Of a DNA stretch of 64,000 nucleotides, positions 1 to 9,038 are shown in pieces. The stretch's first letter is position 1; each line of letters starts with the position of its first letter. A model generated the notes under the pieces. It saw nothing but the letters and a program-made list of their open reading frames with translations, ran no database searches and was not told the origin of the DNA. This stretch comes from a virus, in the IMG/VR virus record IMGVR_UViG_3300013099_000002, positions 25,838 through 89,837 of that record; one strand, written 5' to 3'. Position numbers and translations under genes: made by a program.

Positions 1-199
1 TTTCATTTTCCTGACCGTGAATCATACCGAAGAACTCCCAATCCCCATCAGCCAATTCCCGACCTTCAAAAACAAACCAAGTATAATTGCTCCATGGTGT
101 AAAGAATTTAACTGCCACCTGTTTGTTGCATAATTCAATCTTATCAGTTGAATATAAAGCTGGTATGGTTTTTTTGATTGCTTTCGTTAATAACATCAT
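1..199 (-). CDS. DUF2958-like protein (partial, runs off window start)
   Basis: Hand translation MMLLTKAIKKTIPALYSTD...KFFTPWSNYTWFVFEG...FFGMIHG; the KFFTP..W.W and FFG motifs resemble DUF2958. Confidence 0.6.
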   Translation of the reverse strand, partial: MMLLTKAIKKTIPALYSTDKIELCNKQVAVKFFTPWSNYTWFVFEGRELADGDWEFFGMIHGQENE

Positions 200-224
200 T
201 TCAATTTACTCCGTTAAGTACCGT

Positions 225-533
225 TTATGCTTCTGTGTTAGATAAAGATTTTAATACACGGTTCATTGTATTAGCTTCAGATAATGAAGCCGCAACACGC
301 GCACCTGTTTCCAAACCACGTACCGATTGTTGAGTCTCATTAGTTACCCAAGAAACATAATCAGTTTTCTGTGCCAAGGTAGAATCACCATTCATCATTT
401 CTTGGTATTTTTTCATTTCACGAAGCTGACGTTCAGCATTATCAACCATTGATTGCATCCAATCAGAAGCATCAGATACCGCATGTTTAGTTAAGTATTT
501 TGCTTCAAGTTGTACATCGTTTAAGTTTGACAT
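225..533 (-). CDS. hypothetical protein (early-type, own promoter)
   Basis: 102-aa ORF preceded by AACGGATT leader and consensus promoter. Confidence 0.75.
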   Translation of the reverse strand: MSNLNDVQLEAKYLTKHAVSDASDWMQSMVDNAERQLREMKKYQEMMNGDSTLAQKTDYVSWVTNETQQSVRGLETGARVAASLSEANTMNRVLKSLSNTEA

Positions 534-565
534 TTTATTTAATCCGTTTGGTTAGTGTGAGTTCC

Positions 566-593
566 ATTATACATTGATAATTTTAATTGTCAA
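566..593 (-). promoter_or_regulatory. sigma70-type promoter
   Basis: TTGACA-16nt-TATAAT on minus strand. Confidence 0.85.
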
Positions 594-768
594 ATCTTTT
601 TCCATTTAATTTTTTTAGCTTATCAAATCGGTTATGAATTGCTTCAGCTATTCTATGGTAATAGGAATCTGCGAGGTATTCAGGATTATTCAGGACTTCA
701 TTCAATAATACCCACTCATCCATGTTAGCTATTAAGTAAAGATAATCCTCCGGTGTATCTGCACCCAT
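583..768 (-). CDS. hypothetical protein
   Basis: 61-aa ORF packed between neighbours. Confidence 0.6.
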   Translation of the reverse strand: MGADTPEDYLYLIANMDEWVLLNEVLNNPEYLADSYYHRIAEAIHNRFDKLKKLNGKRFDN

Positions 769-769
769 A

Positions 770-1006
770 TTAGGCTCCCAGTATTTTTACGTTGCGGTCA
801 ATTACTGATTCAGCTTTCGCCACCAACTTCTTAGCGTGAGCATTCAAATCACCTTCCAACATTTTAATCAATTCCAACCCAACTTTAGACAGGTACATTT
901 TCGCACGGTTGCGTTCCTTATCAGTTACGCAGGGCATTACATTACCTTGCGCCTGTTTAACTTGGTCGATTTTATCATTAAGTGTTGCCATTGATATTTT
1001 AGCCAT
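770..1006 (-). CDS. hypothetical protein
   Basis: 78-aa ORF with AGGGG RBS. Confidence 0.7.
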   Translation of the reverse strand: MAKISMATLNDKIDQVKQAQGNVMPCVTDKERNRAKMYLSKVGLELIKMLEGDLNAHAKKLVAKAESVIDRNVKILGA

Positions 1007-1017
1007 TTCTATTCCCC

Positions 1018-1179
1018 TTAATCAGTTAAGCCAACGTGTTTCATTGCCGCAAATCCTTGTGATTTTGCAATAGGACTGTAGTTTTTCCAGTCCCCAGATT
1101 TACGTGCCTTTTTAGATTTATACGCCAACAATGTTATTTGAGTAGAAGTTAATGAAGATAATAAAGTTGAAGTAGTCAT
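1018..1179 (-). CDS. small hypothetical protein (53 aa, not in ORF track)
   Basis: Hand translation MTTSTLLSSLTSTQITLLAYKSKKARKSGDWKNYSPIAKSQGFAAMKHVGLTD; same leader (AACGGATTAAATAAC-ATG) as 1464..1679. Confidence 0.7.
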   Translation of the reverse strand: MTTSTLLSSLTSTQITLLAYKSKKARKSGDWKNYSPIAKSQGFAAMKHVGLTD

Positions 1180-1212
1180 GTTATTTAATCCGTTTTCGTA
1201 AAGTGTAGGTTA

Positions 1213-1240
1213 ATTATACATGAATAATTTTAATTGTCAA
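1213..1240 (-). promoter_or_regulatory. sigma70-type promoter
   Basis: TTGACA-16nt-TATAAT. Confidence 0.85.
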
Positions 1241-1246
1241 ATTTAA

Positions 1247-1462
1247 TTAACTTGCCGTGATAATTGGGCACATTGAATAAGAGCCGCAAGGTTTTATTCT
1301 TTCAACACCATCATAAATACTAACCCTGTAGGTTTTTAATTCACCGTGGAATAATGCCTTAATAGTTTTGGCGGTTCGAGAAACAACTTTTATTTCAAAG
1401 ATGCAATTATGGTCACAAATTGACCGCGTAGAATATTTTGTTGCTGGTTTAAACATTGACAT
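1247..1462 (-). CDS. hypothetical protein
   Basis: Start reassigned to MSMFKP (AGGAG RBS); avoids overlap with 1464..1679. Confidence 0.7.
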   Translation of the reverse strand: MSMFKPATKYSTRSICDHNCIFEIKVVSRTAKTIKALFHGELKTYRVSIYDGVERIKPCGSYSMCPIITAS

Positions 1463-1463
1463 T

Positions 1464-1679
1464 TTATTCTCCTTGGAAATCAGAAGCCCAATCAACAAAG
1501 CGTTGAACTTCACCCCTTGATTCATCCGTATCAAATACCGACCAAACCGAAAAGGTAGACCAGAAATCACCCGATTCAACTTCCCAGTCTACGTTTTGAA
1601 ACAATTGCATCCCCAATGCATCAACAGATTCAGCTTCACCGTTTGCAACCGATACGTTCATTTGAGTTTGAGTAGTCAT
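1464..1679 (-). CDS. hypothetical acidic protein
   Basis: 71-aa ORF directly after promoter and leader. Confidence 0.75.
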   Translation of the reverse strand: MTTQTQMNVSVANGEAESVDALGMQLFQNVDWEVESGDFWSTFSVWSVFDTDESRGEVQRFVDWASDFQGE

Positions 1680-1712
1680 GTTATTTAATCCGTTTCGTTT
1701 ATGTTGAGTTCA

Positions 1713-1740
1713 ATTATACATGATAATTTTAAATTGTCAA
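1713..1740 (-). promoter_or_regulatory. sigma70-type promoter
   Basis: TTGACA-16nt-TATAAT. Confidence 0.85.
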
Positions 1741-1742
1741 AC

Positions 1743-1940
1743 TTATTTCACTTCTAAGTTTGCAATTGATTGCACTGGGATTCTATACTCACTGTAATAC
1801 TCTTCTGGGTATACTTCATACCCACCTAATTCATTGAGCTTGTTAAGTATGGCTTCGTTGTTATGGTACCGCATACCCAATATCAGTTTTAGGTCTACAC
1901 AAGCATAACACCGATTCTTATAAACAAGCTCATCTTGCAT
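1743..1940 (-). CDS. hypothetical protein
   Basis: 65-aa ORF coupled to terL stop (TAATG). Confidence 0.6.
   Translation of the reverse strand: MQDELVYKNRCYACVDLKLILGMRYHNNEAILNKLNELGGYEVYPEEYYSEYRIPVQSIANLEVK
1761..1774. repeat. 14-bp near-palindrome TGCAATTGATTGCA (copy 1 of 14)
   Basis: Exact match. Confidence 0.95.
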
Positions 1941-3832
1941 TATTGCCCCCCTTTCATGTTATCTGCCGCAGCTTGTGATTCCAACGCGCCTACAACCGAC
2001 TGAGGTACCTTATTGAATGAAATACCATGCTTAAACCAAAGTTCTTTACGGGTCGTTAATCCATACACTACCCCACCTAATGAATCTGATACATCTTTTG
2101 TAGATGTACTGGGGTGGTCAATCTTCCCCTTCTTCTGGTCAATCTCCAAAGACAATAATTCATGCTTCAGTTTAGGATGTTCCGGTGTAGTTAATCTGCC
2201 ATCATAAATACAAGTCTTGAGAATATTATAGGGCATCGTGGTTCTGTCTAATGAGATTAAACCCGTTTTATATCCCTTCACACGAAGTATCTGTAAAAAA
2301 TCTGACGACTGAAAACTATCCAAGCTTACCCATTTAATGATTACCCCATATTCCGATAGCTTATAGATTAGAGACCGCAACTTATGGAACTGAATCTCAT
2401 CCCCTTTCGGTGGTTCAATCTCCAAGGTGAAGTCCATCTTTATGTTCGGTAATATTTCGTTTTCTAGCTCCCCACGTTTTATAGATTTAAAGTTCTTTAT
2501 GTAGCCCATACTTATACCGGCACTATCTCCGGTCAATGCCAAATCTAAATGCACCCAGCGCGGTTCTTGTAAATCCCGAAAGCGGTCAGGATAAATAGCT
2601 AATTGAGTATCCTTGAAATCAACCAACTCCCTTGATAAGATGGATAAATGATTAGGTTGGAATGCTTCCGCAACTTTCTCAGTATTCACCATGAAAGGAT
2701 GTTTCGCCAAGGTACTGACACCAGCAATTTCCCTCAATGAGTTCATTATATCGGTCTCGAATTCCGTTCTGTATTCCACCGGCACAGATATTACTAATTC
2801 AAGTTCATCTTTGTGTCGTTTCAAGTCCTTTTCATTTTTAAGTATATAAGGCTTCTTGGATTCATCCCCAATAAATACATTGAATCTGCCACCTAAAAAT
2901 CTATCAGGCGGTATAACATCCCACGAACGCTTATCATAAACATAAATGGTAGTTTTGCCGTCTCTCTCAATCTCGGTTTCTGCTTCATCCATCTTAATAT
3001 CCGTAAACTGACCAGGATACCGTTTTGAAGAAACCAAACACAATACTCCAGGCAATGAGCCCTTGCTCATAAACCTAGATTTTCTTCTTCGTGCCAATGA
3101 GTTGTACAGGGCTACCGCTTGGTCGTATGTACCTCCATCTACACTGTTTTTAGACCGCTCAGTAACCGCCATGTAGTTTAATTCATCAATCACACCGCCT
3201 ATTACATTTTGCCCTATAGCGGCTGTCTCTTGCCCCGATACAGGTATCACTTCTATTCTGTTTGGAAACTTTAATTTCGATTCAAGATTCTTATCGAACA
3301 TAAAATGCTTAGTGAAATATTCACTGTTTTCAACCATGGCTTTAAATCGTGCAAAGTCAACCTGCTTGGCTAACCCTGCATTTATTGATTGGAAGATGAA
3401 TATTATCTCTGATGCTGGGTCAAGCCCGAACTGTTCGTGGGGGGTTCTTAGGCATGATAATAAATATAATTGATAAGCGGTAGTATACAAGGCTAACGTG
3501 GTCTTACCACAACCAATAGAGCCTGTAAGTACCGCTTCAGTATACTTACCGTTATTCAGTTCCAGCATACATTTCATTATTTCTGGATACAGAGCGTTTG
3601 GGGTTCCTAACAAGGTATCTTCCGCAATAAACACGTTTGCTGGTACCGGTAAGCGTTTATATTTCTTTTCTATTTCGGATACTATACCGTGGTGCCTTGC
3701 CTTCAATATCTCCAAGAAAAATTCTTTATGATATGGAGGTATTTCGGTATCAATTATCTGATTAATTCTATCATTTTTAATTTGCTGGTTCGACTTCTTC
3801 AAAGACACCACTATCTCCTTGTATAACTTCAA
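1940..3832 (-). CDS. terL: terminase large subunit
   Basis: Walker A LTGSIGCGKTT, Walker B GVIDE, RNase H-like nuclease VHLDLA..D and C-terminal IDHP...KDVSD. Confidence 0.9.
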   Translation of the reverse strand: MKLYKEIVVSLKKSNQQIKNDRINQIIDTEIPPYHKEFFLEILKARHHGIVSEIEKKYKRLPVPANVFIAEDTLLGTPNALYPEIMKCMLELNNGKYTEAVLTGSIGCGKTTLALYTTAYQLYLLSCLRTPHEQFGLDPASEIIFIFQSINAGLAKQVDFARFKAMVENSEYFTKHFMFDKNLESKLKFPNRIEVIPVSGQETAAIGQNVIGGVIDELNYMAVTERSKNSVDGGTYDQAVALYNSLARRRKSRFMSKGSLPGVLCLVSSKRYPGQFTDIKMDEAETEIERDGKTTIYVYDKRSWDVIPPDRFLGGRFNVFIGDESKKPYILKNEKDLKRHKDELELVISVPVEYRTEFETDIMNSLREIAGVSTLAKHPFMVNTEKVAEAFQPNHLSILSRELVDFKDTQLAIYPDRFRDLQEPRWVHLDLALTGDSAGISMGYIKNFKSIKRGELENEILPNIKMDFTLEIEPPKGDEIQFHKLRSLIYKLSEYGVIIKWVSLDSFQSSDFLQILRVKGYKTGLISLDRTTMPYNILKTCIYDGRLTTPEHPKLKHELLSLEIDQKKGKIDHPSTSTKDVSDSLGGVVYGLTTRKELWFKHGISFNKVPQSVVGALESQAAADNMKGGQ

Positions 3833-4388
3833 TTAAACTACCAATAACCGAATCGACCTTCCCGTAAGTTAGTTCAACTTTATTGTTTACTGGTTCCTGT
3901 AGTATTAACGTGGCATCATCCACCATACCTAGAGCCTTACGCTCATTCTCAACACCGAACCGCATAAAATCTAACGCTTCCCTAACAGATAATTTATCTG
4001 GGTCTACCTTATCAATCTTAGCCATTGCCTTCATCATAACTTTACGAGACAAAGCTAAATGCCGTTGCCGTACTGCAAGCTCATCATTGATATTTTTTGC
4101 TTGTAGTTTCGCTATTGCCTTCTTCTTATTCCCAAGCAGTAAAGCTTCATCCACCGCATCTTGTCCTTCGGCAAACATCCCATTTAATTCTTCATACCAT
4201 TTTTCTTTTGCCGCCCGATTCTGCAAAGTACCAATGTTTAGCTTATGTTTAGCCGCCAACTTCAAAAAGGTCATGCTGTTTTTCTTTTCAAGATTGCATT
4301 TAAAGAAATCAGCTTTTATATCATCCCATGGTATCTTTGCAGTATAGGCATTTTTTACCCTATTTTTTTTGATTATCTTTATAGGCAT
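3777..4388 (-). CDS. terS: terminase small subunit (putative)
   Basis: Immediately upstream of terL; W..IK..F, LAAKH.L..GTL..RA.KEKW HTH-like N-terminus and helical body. Confidence 0.7.
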   Translation of the reverse strand: MPIKIIKKNRVKNAYTAKIPWDDIKADFFKCNLEKKNSMTFLKLAAKHKLNIGTLQNRAAKEKWYEELNGMFAEGQDAVDEALLLGNKKKAIAKLQAKNINDELAVRQRHLALSRKVMMKAMAKIDKVDPDKLSVREALDFMRFGVENERKALGMVDDATLILQEPVNNKVELTYGKVDSVIGSLIEVIQGDSGVFEEVEPAN

Positions 4389-4398
4389 ATTATCCCCG

Positions 4399-5028
4399 TT
4401 AAGCGTTTTTGTCTTTTCTTAATCTAGTAATGGTTTTCTCTAATCTGGCTCGGTTCAGCTCATTACCAACGAAAGACATATTATTATCTATACACGCTTG
4501 AGCCGTGTATCCCATACCACAACATAAGTCCATACCTAGCCCTCCATCAGCCGGTCTAAGCAACTTAAATACTTCTCTTGTACATTTGTACCCTTTCAAG
4601 TGATAAATGGGCGTAGCATCCAATGGCATCTTCCCTTCGGTATGGAAGAATATAATCTCCATTGGTAAGTTTTGCCCAGAATATACGGTTTCAATCTGAG
4701 TACAATAAGTCAATCCTGCCTCTTCAGCAAAATCAATTACTTTTTGAATCCACCGCTTACCATATTCGATAACCACCCAACCTTCGGTTTTATCTGCGGC
4801 ATGAGACAACACTGTTTTAAGGAATACATCCACATCGAAATTACCAGTTGAAGTGTCTATATTGTTCATCTTCTTATTCATGGTGTCCCAGTATTTTAAG
4901 TTACCAGAACCCCACGGAGGGTCTGAGTAATAAATATCTGCTTTACGGTTCCCGACAAGTGTAGCTATACCCTTCTCATCGTGAATATCTCCGTGTCGTA
5001 TTCTGTGCTTGCCTATATTTTTAATCAT
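4399..5028 (-). CDS. amino-DNA methyltransferase-like protein (beta class)
   Basis: Motif IV SDPPW followed by motif I DLCCGMG and GNEL. Confidence 0.8.
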   Translation of the reverse strand: MIKNIGKHRIRHGDIHDEKGIATLVGNRKADIYYSDPPWGSGNLKYWDTMNKKMNNIDTSTGNFDVDVFLKTVLSHAADKTEGWVVIEYGKRWIQKVIDFAEEAGLTYCTQIETVYSGQNLPMEIIFFHTEGKMPLDATPIYHLKGYKCTREVFKLLRPADGGLGMDLCCGMGYTAQACIDNNMSFVGNELNRARLEKTITRLRKDKNA

Positions 5029-5753
5029 ACCTTTTTGCCTTTACGTTTAATAGTTACACCTTTAGAATTCTTCGGTGCAATTGATTGCAATTTTTCTGCT
5101 TCATTAAAGTTCTTTTTAATCTGCAGTTGTTTTTTGGTTTCCCACGCTTTTGCATAGTCAGTATCCTCAAACAATTTGGAGAAACCGGTTACATGTTTAA
5201 GCTTTAATAGTTCTTCGGGTTCCATGCCCAACTCATTACAAATTTGAGCATCCTCCCAACCATTATCAAGCATTTCAAATACCATGCTGGACATACCGTT
5301 TACAGAATGCTTCCCCCGTGCCCTATTATGGCGAACTGTTGAGGCCATTCTGTCATTGATGTTTGAGTTGATTACCACCACCGGTAACTTACCCAAATTC
5401 ATTTCAGTAATATCCTTATTATTAAGCATAGTGAAGTATCTGTGAAACCCATCAACAATCACATAGGTATCAGTTTCTTCATCGTGTATGGTCACTACAG
5501 GCTGTGTATAACCATCATGCTTGATAGATGTATGCAATAATTTTAATTCAACGGAAGCAACGCTATTAGGGTTGTAATCGTTTGGCTTAACTTTCGCAAT
5601 ATCCACCCACCGAATTAAATCTACCGGCTGATGTTTTCGTGGAGAAATACTGTTATGCAAATATTCACGCAACTCATAAAGAAATGCATCTTTATCTTTT
5701 GCTGAATCGTAAGCCTCTTTTATTTCTTCTTTTAAGTGTTTTTTTATGCTCAT
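5025..5753 (-). CDS. ParB/Srx-domain protein, IbrB-like
   Basis: PNDYNPN, SI..DGYTQPVV, IVDGFHR, STVRHNRARG, then a short HTH (EDAQICNELGM). Confidence 0.85.
   Translation of the reverse strand: MSIKKHLKEEIKEAYDSAKDKDAFLYELREYLHNSISPRKHQPVDLIRWVDIAKVKPNDYNPNSVASVELKLLHTSIKHDGYTQPVVTIHDEETDTYVIVDGFHRYFTMLNNKDITEMNLGKLPVVVINSNINDRMASTVRHNRARGKHSVNGMSSMVFEMLDNGWEDAQICNELGMEPEELLKLKHVTGFSKLFEDTDYAKAWETKKQLQIKKNFNEAEKLQSIAPKNSKGVTIKRKGKKV
5076..5089. repeat. 14-bp near-palindrome (copy 2)
   Basis: TGCAATTGATTGCA exact, within ParB C-terminal tail. Confidence 0.95.
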
Positions 5754-6909
5754 ATTCTTTTAAATCCAAGATGTATTTATTGTTTACGTTATTAGGTCTT
5801 TCAACCCCACGAATGAAAGCTCTATATTCACGAACATCAGATATAGTTTCAAAATTACCCAACTTTGCCCCTGTATCATTAGTCATTACTGCAACTATAT
5901 TAGAGCGCAAATACAGGTCTCTAATTAATGGAGACTGATAGTATTTATCATGCCCCTCAAAATATTTTTTAAACTTCCCACGCACCTCAGAATCAGTAAC
6001 TAAATGCTTAACCAAATAGTCTCGGTATTCCATCCAATCCTTAAACATATAAGGTAATTGTTTAGGTGGAGAAATGCTTTCCTTCTGTAAATGACCTGCG
6101 GTATTTATCCCTTGCAATCGCTTGGTTAGTTTTTCCCAAACCTTCGGGTCAATCTCTTGTAGGATATAAAGATTCTGTATAGCAGTTTCATGGTGTAAAT
6201 TAGAAACCCTCATATTATTTACTGTAATACCATATTGATACATCCTATCGTACAGCTCACAATACTCCCACTTATTATCATGTATAGCCTTCCAAACATC
6301 TTTATATCCCCAATCGTAAATAGGGTAAAAAGTGAAATGGTTTAGCTTCTTGGTTAGTATCTTTCCCCATGTAATAAATTTATAAGTAACCGCACCAGTT
6401 AAGCCTAAGTAGCGTGCTGGTGATTCTTGGGTTCTTACACCCCCCAAATTAGCCGTAGATTGCCCTTTAAATTCTTTTCGGATAATGGCATCAAATAATT
6501 CATAAAACCTGTCTGTGCCGTAAGTATTCTCTTTAATACTTATAGGGTCTTTTGGATGCACCCAGTTTTCTTCTTCACCTTCCTTCCAACAATACAACCA
6601 AGGGTCAGTTGTTGAAGTCGAATTAGTTATCTTTATCGGCATCTGGAACCAATAAGGTTTTATCCTTGGGTCATGCATTACCTTTTTCATATAGGTTTGC
6701 ACAAAGCTCCATTCCGCTTCTTGGTCTATAAATATTACATTTAGTGGTAATCGTTTTCTTTCTTCGGCAACAATTAAGGCCAACTGTAAACAAATTGTGC
6801 TATCTTTTCCCCCCGAAAAACTTACTGTTATGTTTTCAAATTCATCATACAAGTATCGAATTCTATCTAATGCCGCCTCGTATACACTCTTATTAGTAAA
6901 AATTTTCAT
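5692..6909 (-). CDS. PAPS-reductase-like (PP-loop) protein, IbrA/DUF3440-like
   Basis: SFSGGKDS PP-loop, FIDQEAE, GVRTQES..R, YPIYDW...DVW, MRVS..HH. Confidence 0.85.
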   Translation of the reverse strand: MKIFTNKSVYEAALDRIRYLYDEFENITVSFSGGKDSTICLQLALIVAEERKRLPLNVIFIDQEAEWSFVQTYMKKVMHDPRIKPYWFQMPIKITNSTSTTDPWLYCWKEGEEENWVHPKDPISIKENTYGTDRFYELFDAIIRKEFKGQSTANLGGVRTQESPARYLGLTGAVTYKFITWGKILTKKLNHFTFYPIYDWGYKDVWKAIHDNKWEYCELYDRMYQYGITVNNMRVSNLHHETAIQNLYILQEIDPKVWEKLTKRLQGINTAGHLQKESISPPKQLPYMFKDWMEYRDYLVKHLVTDSEVRGKFKKYFEGHDKYYQSPLIRDLYLRSNIVAVMTNDTGAKLGNFETISDVREYRAFIRGVERPNNVNNKYILDLKEYEHKKTLKRRNKRGLRFSKR

Positions 6910-7288
6910 ACACTACCTTGGTATTTTTATTCTTATACATCGCTATTATTTTTGCCCCTGCTTTCAAGTGTGAGTTTAATGCCATTGGTGTTACGCTTGA
7001 ATAAATAGTATCAATCGAATTATCCGCAGCAAAAGACTTTATCCTTATTAATGTTTTTGCTAAGGCACCCCGACCTCTATATCTTGTTGTGACAAAATTA
7101 TGCATGATATTTCCAGTGGTATTTGAATAAGAAAAACAACAAACACCAACCAAAGTATTGCTACTGAATACCCCAAGCCATAAATCCCTTTTCCTGTATT
7201 GGAATGTTTGAGGCATCCCTACGAAAACAGAATATTTTTCAGCCTCATCAATAGTAATACTTTTTATCCGTAAATACCCCCGTTTCAT
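6893..7288 (-). CDS. GNAT-family acetyltransferase
   Basis: LVG..., FV...YRGRG acetyl-CoA binding motif A. Confidence 0.65.
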   Translation of the reverse strand: MKRGYLRIKSITIDEAEKYSVFVGMPQTFQYRKRDLWLGVFSSNTLVGVCCFSYSNTTGNIMHNFVTTRYRGRGALAKTLIRIKSFAADNSIDTIYSSVTPMALNSHLKAGAKIIAMYKNKNTKVVYENFY

Positions 7289-7575
7289 TTCTCCTTAGCC
7301 TTATTTATAAGTCGGGTATATGGTGAGCCATCGGGTCTATTAAGTGGGCAGCCCATAGTCCAGTAACGGTACCCATCTATAATAAGTATAATATACTGGG
7401 TTTTGCCAAACATTACCTTTTTACCATTCTTTCTTATGTACATCACCACGGCACAAAATAAGGCATCATCCTCCCAATTTTTTCTTAAAGTATAATAGTG
7501 AGGATTCTTTGGCATAGACTTAGCGAACGTCCATTTTAATTTTTCAAATATTGCACCAACCTCTGGATTATCCAT
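7285..7575 (-). CDS. conserved hypothetical protein
   Basis: W.FAKSMP..PH.Y...YWTMG.P motif; coupled within operon. Confidence 0.7.
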   Translation of the reverse strand: MDNPEVGAIFEKLKWTFAKSMPKNPHYYTLRKNWEDDALFCAVVMYIRKNGKKVMFGKTQYIILIIDGYRYWTMGCPLNRPDGSPYTRLINKAKEK

Positions 7576-8180
7576 TAAACCCTCACATCGAAAGTTTCAG
7601 CGCAATGAGGGCAAATCACTTCTAAAGTTTCTTCCGTGTTATCTTTGAATTTATCATCCAACTCTTTAGCCGTTTTATCCATATCACCATCCTCAACTTC
7701 TGAGTAATTTTTTGAGGTAGGATTTATCTCCGGTGTAAAACCCGAACCATCCAATTCTGCGGCCTCAGATAGAGCTAATAATTCTTCTTCAATATCTGCC
7801 ATGTCTTGTTCACCAAAACCCATTATATTGAAATCAATTTCATCAGATTCTTGTAGTGCAACCAGCTCCGCATTTAAGGCTTCAACATCCCATTCAGAAT
7901 TCATAGCTAATTTATTATCAGCTAACATATAAGCACGTTTTTGGATGTCAGATAATCCTTCAATTATCACCACCCGTACCTTAGTTTTTTTCAGTAAAGT
8001 AAGGGCCTCAAATCGACAATGCCCTGCCAAAATCCCAAAGTTTTCATCCACTACGATAGGGTTTGTATATCCGAATTCTTCAATGCTCGCAATCACTTCA
8101 TTCACCTGTTCTTCGGTGTGAATTCGCACGTTATTTTCAGAAGGAATTAGTTGTTTTAGGGGTATAATTTTTGTTTTCAT
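7575..8180 (-). CDS. ParB N-terminal-domain protein with C-terminal CPxC ribbon
   Basis: N.R.H...QV..VIASIEEFGYTNPIVVD...ILAGH.R, ADNKLA..SEWD, terminal CPHC. Confidence 0.85.
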   Translation of the reverse strand: MKTKIIPLKQLIPSENNVRIHTEEQVNEVIASIEEFGYTNPIVVDENFGILAGHCRFEALTLLKKTKVRVVIIEGLSDIQKRAYMLADNKLAMNSEWDVEALNAELVALQESDEIDFNIMGFGEQDMADIEEELLALSEAAELDGSGFTPEINPTSKNYSEVEDGDMDKTAKELDDKFKDNTEETLEVICPHCAETFDVRV

Positions 8181-8441
8181 AAGGGTCTAATTGTTTTTAA
8201 TAAAATATTATTAACGCTACACACCGCATATACTGTGGTATACAGCATAACGTCTACAAATTAACGTAGAAATGTATCATTATTAGGGCTGTTTTTTATT
8301 CACATATTGAAATTATGATTATACACAATATTGATTAACATAGTTATTAAGATGTTCTCTCTATACTCTCTATAGTATTCTCTTTAGTTGTTACTTAGTA
8401 TTCAGAGCTTTTTCCCAACTTTTGAGAATTGGATAATGTTA

Positions 8442-8474
8442 AGAGCCGCCCCCCCGAATGTGAAGGCGGTTTTT
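8442..8474 (-). terminator. GC-rich hairpin, possible terminator
   Basis: ACCGCCTTC...GGGGGCGGC stem after 8494..8682. Confidence 0.5.
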
Positions 8475-8477
8475 CAG

Positions 8478-8491
8478 TGCAATTGATTGCA
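8478..8491. repeat. 14-bp near-palindrome (copy 3)
   Basis: TGCAATTGATTGCA exact, intergenic. Confidence 0.95.
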
Positions 8492-8493
8492 AA

Positions 8494-8682
8494 CTACCGT
8501 TGTTTTAATCTTTGGTAAGCATTATGTTTTGTTACTTTATCATCAGATAGTATCTTCCCATTATTGGAAGGTTTCATTCTTACTTTCGGGTCGTGGCATA
8601 CATGGCACCAATAACCTATATAACGATAAAGTTTTTCATTATCACCACCGGTAACTCCACACTCAGGGCAACAGTATTGCAT
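8494..8682 (-). CDS. small zinc-ribbon protein
   Basis: CPEC...CHVC. Confidence 0.6.
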   Translation of the reverse strand: MQYCCPECGVTGGDNEKLYRYIGYWCHVCHDPKVRMKPSNNGKILSDDKVTKHNAYQRLKQR

Positions 8683-9035
8683 TACCTTTTCCCACCATAA
8701 TAAGGCATGGCTAAATTCAAATCCAACATTTGCTCATTGAGATTTACATGGTCTACCATAAGGGTACCCAACAATCGACCATACTTACCAGAATCATCCT
8801 TTTCAGTTAGCAGTTCAAAATAACCACTACCATCAACTTTGATTCTGTTTTCCAACCATTCCTTTGATTCAATACCGTGTACTTTTTCTTCTTTATCCCG
8901 TGTACGAGTCTCGGGCGCGTCTATGCCCATTAATCGTATCCGCTTATGGATTGTAAGTTTAAATCCTAAATCAATAAAAGCATCCACGGTGTCCCCGTCA
9001 ACAACCCTATCTAGTTTACATTGATAATGATACAT
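8682..9035 (-). CDS. thermonuclease (SNase) family protein
   Basis: RVVDGDT, IRLMGIDAPE, GKYGRLL. Confidence 0.9.
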   Translation of the reverse strand: MYHYQCKLDRVVDGDTVDAFIDLGFKLTIHKRIRLMGIDAPETRTRDKEEKVHGIESKEWLENRIKVDGSGYFELLTEKDDSGKYGRLLGTLMVDHVNLNEQMLDLNLAMPYYGGKR

Positions 9036-9038
9036 TTT

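Noticed and set aside
5692-6909. True CysH for sulfate assimilation
   Set aside because: It is about 400 aa with an IbrA/DUF3440-type extension, lacks the C-terminal ECGLH motif, and is paired with an IbrB-like ParB
5025-8180. Classical ParABS plasmid-prophage partition system
   Set aside because: No ParA or other partition motor in the window; the ParB genes are of the terminase/modification-associated type
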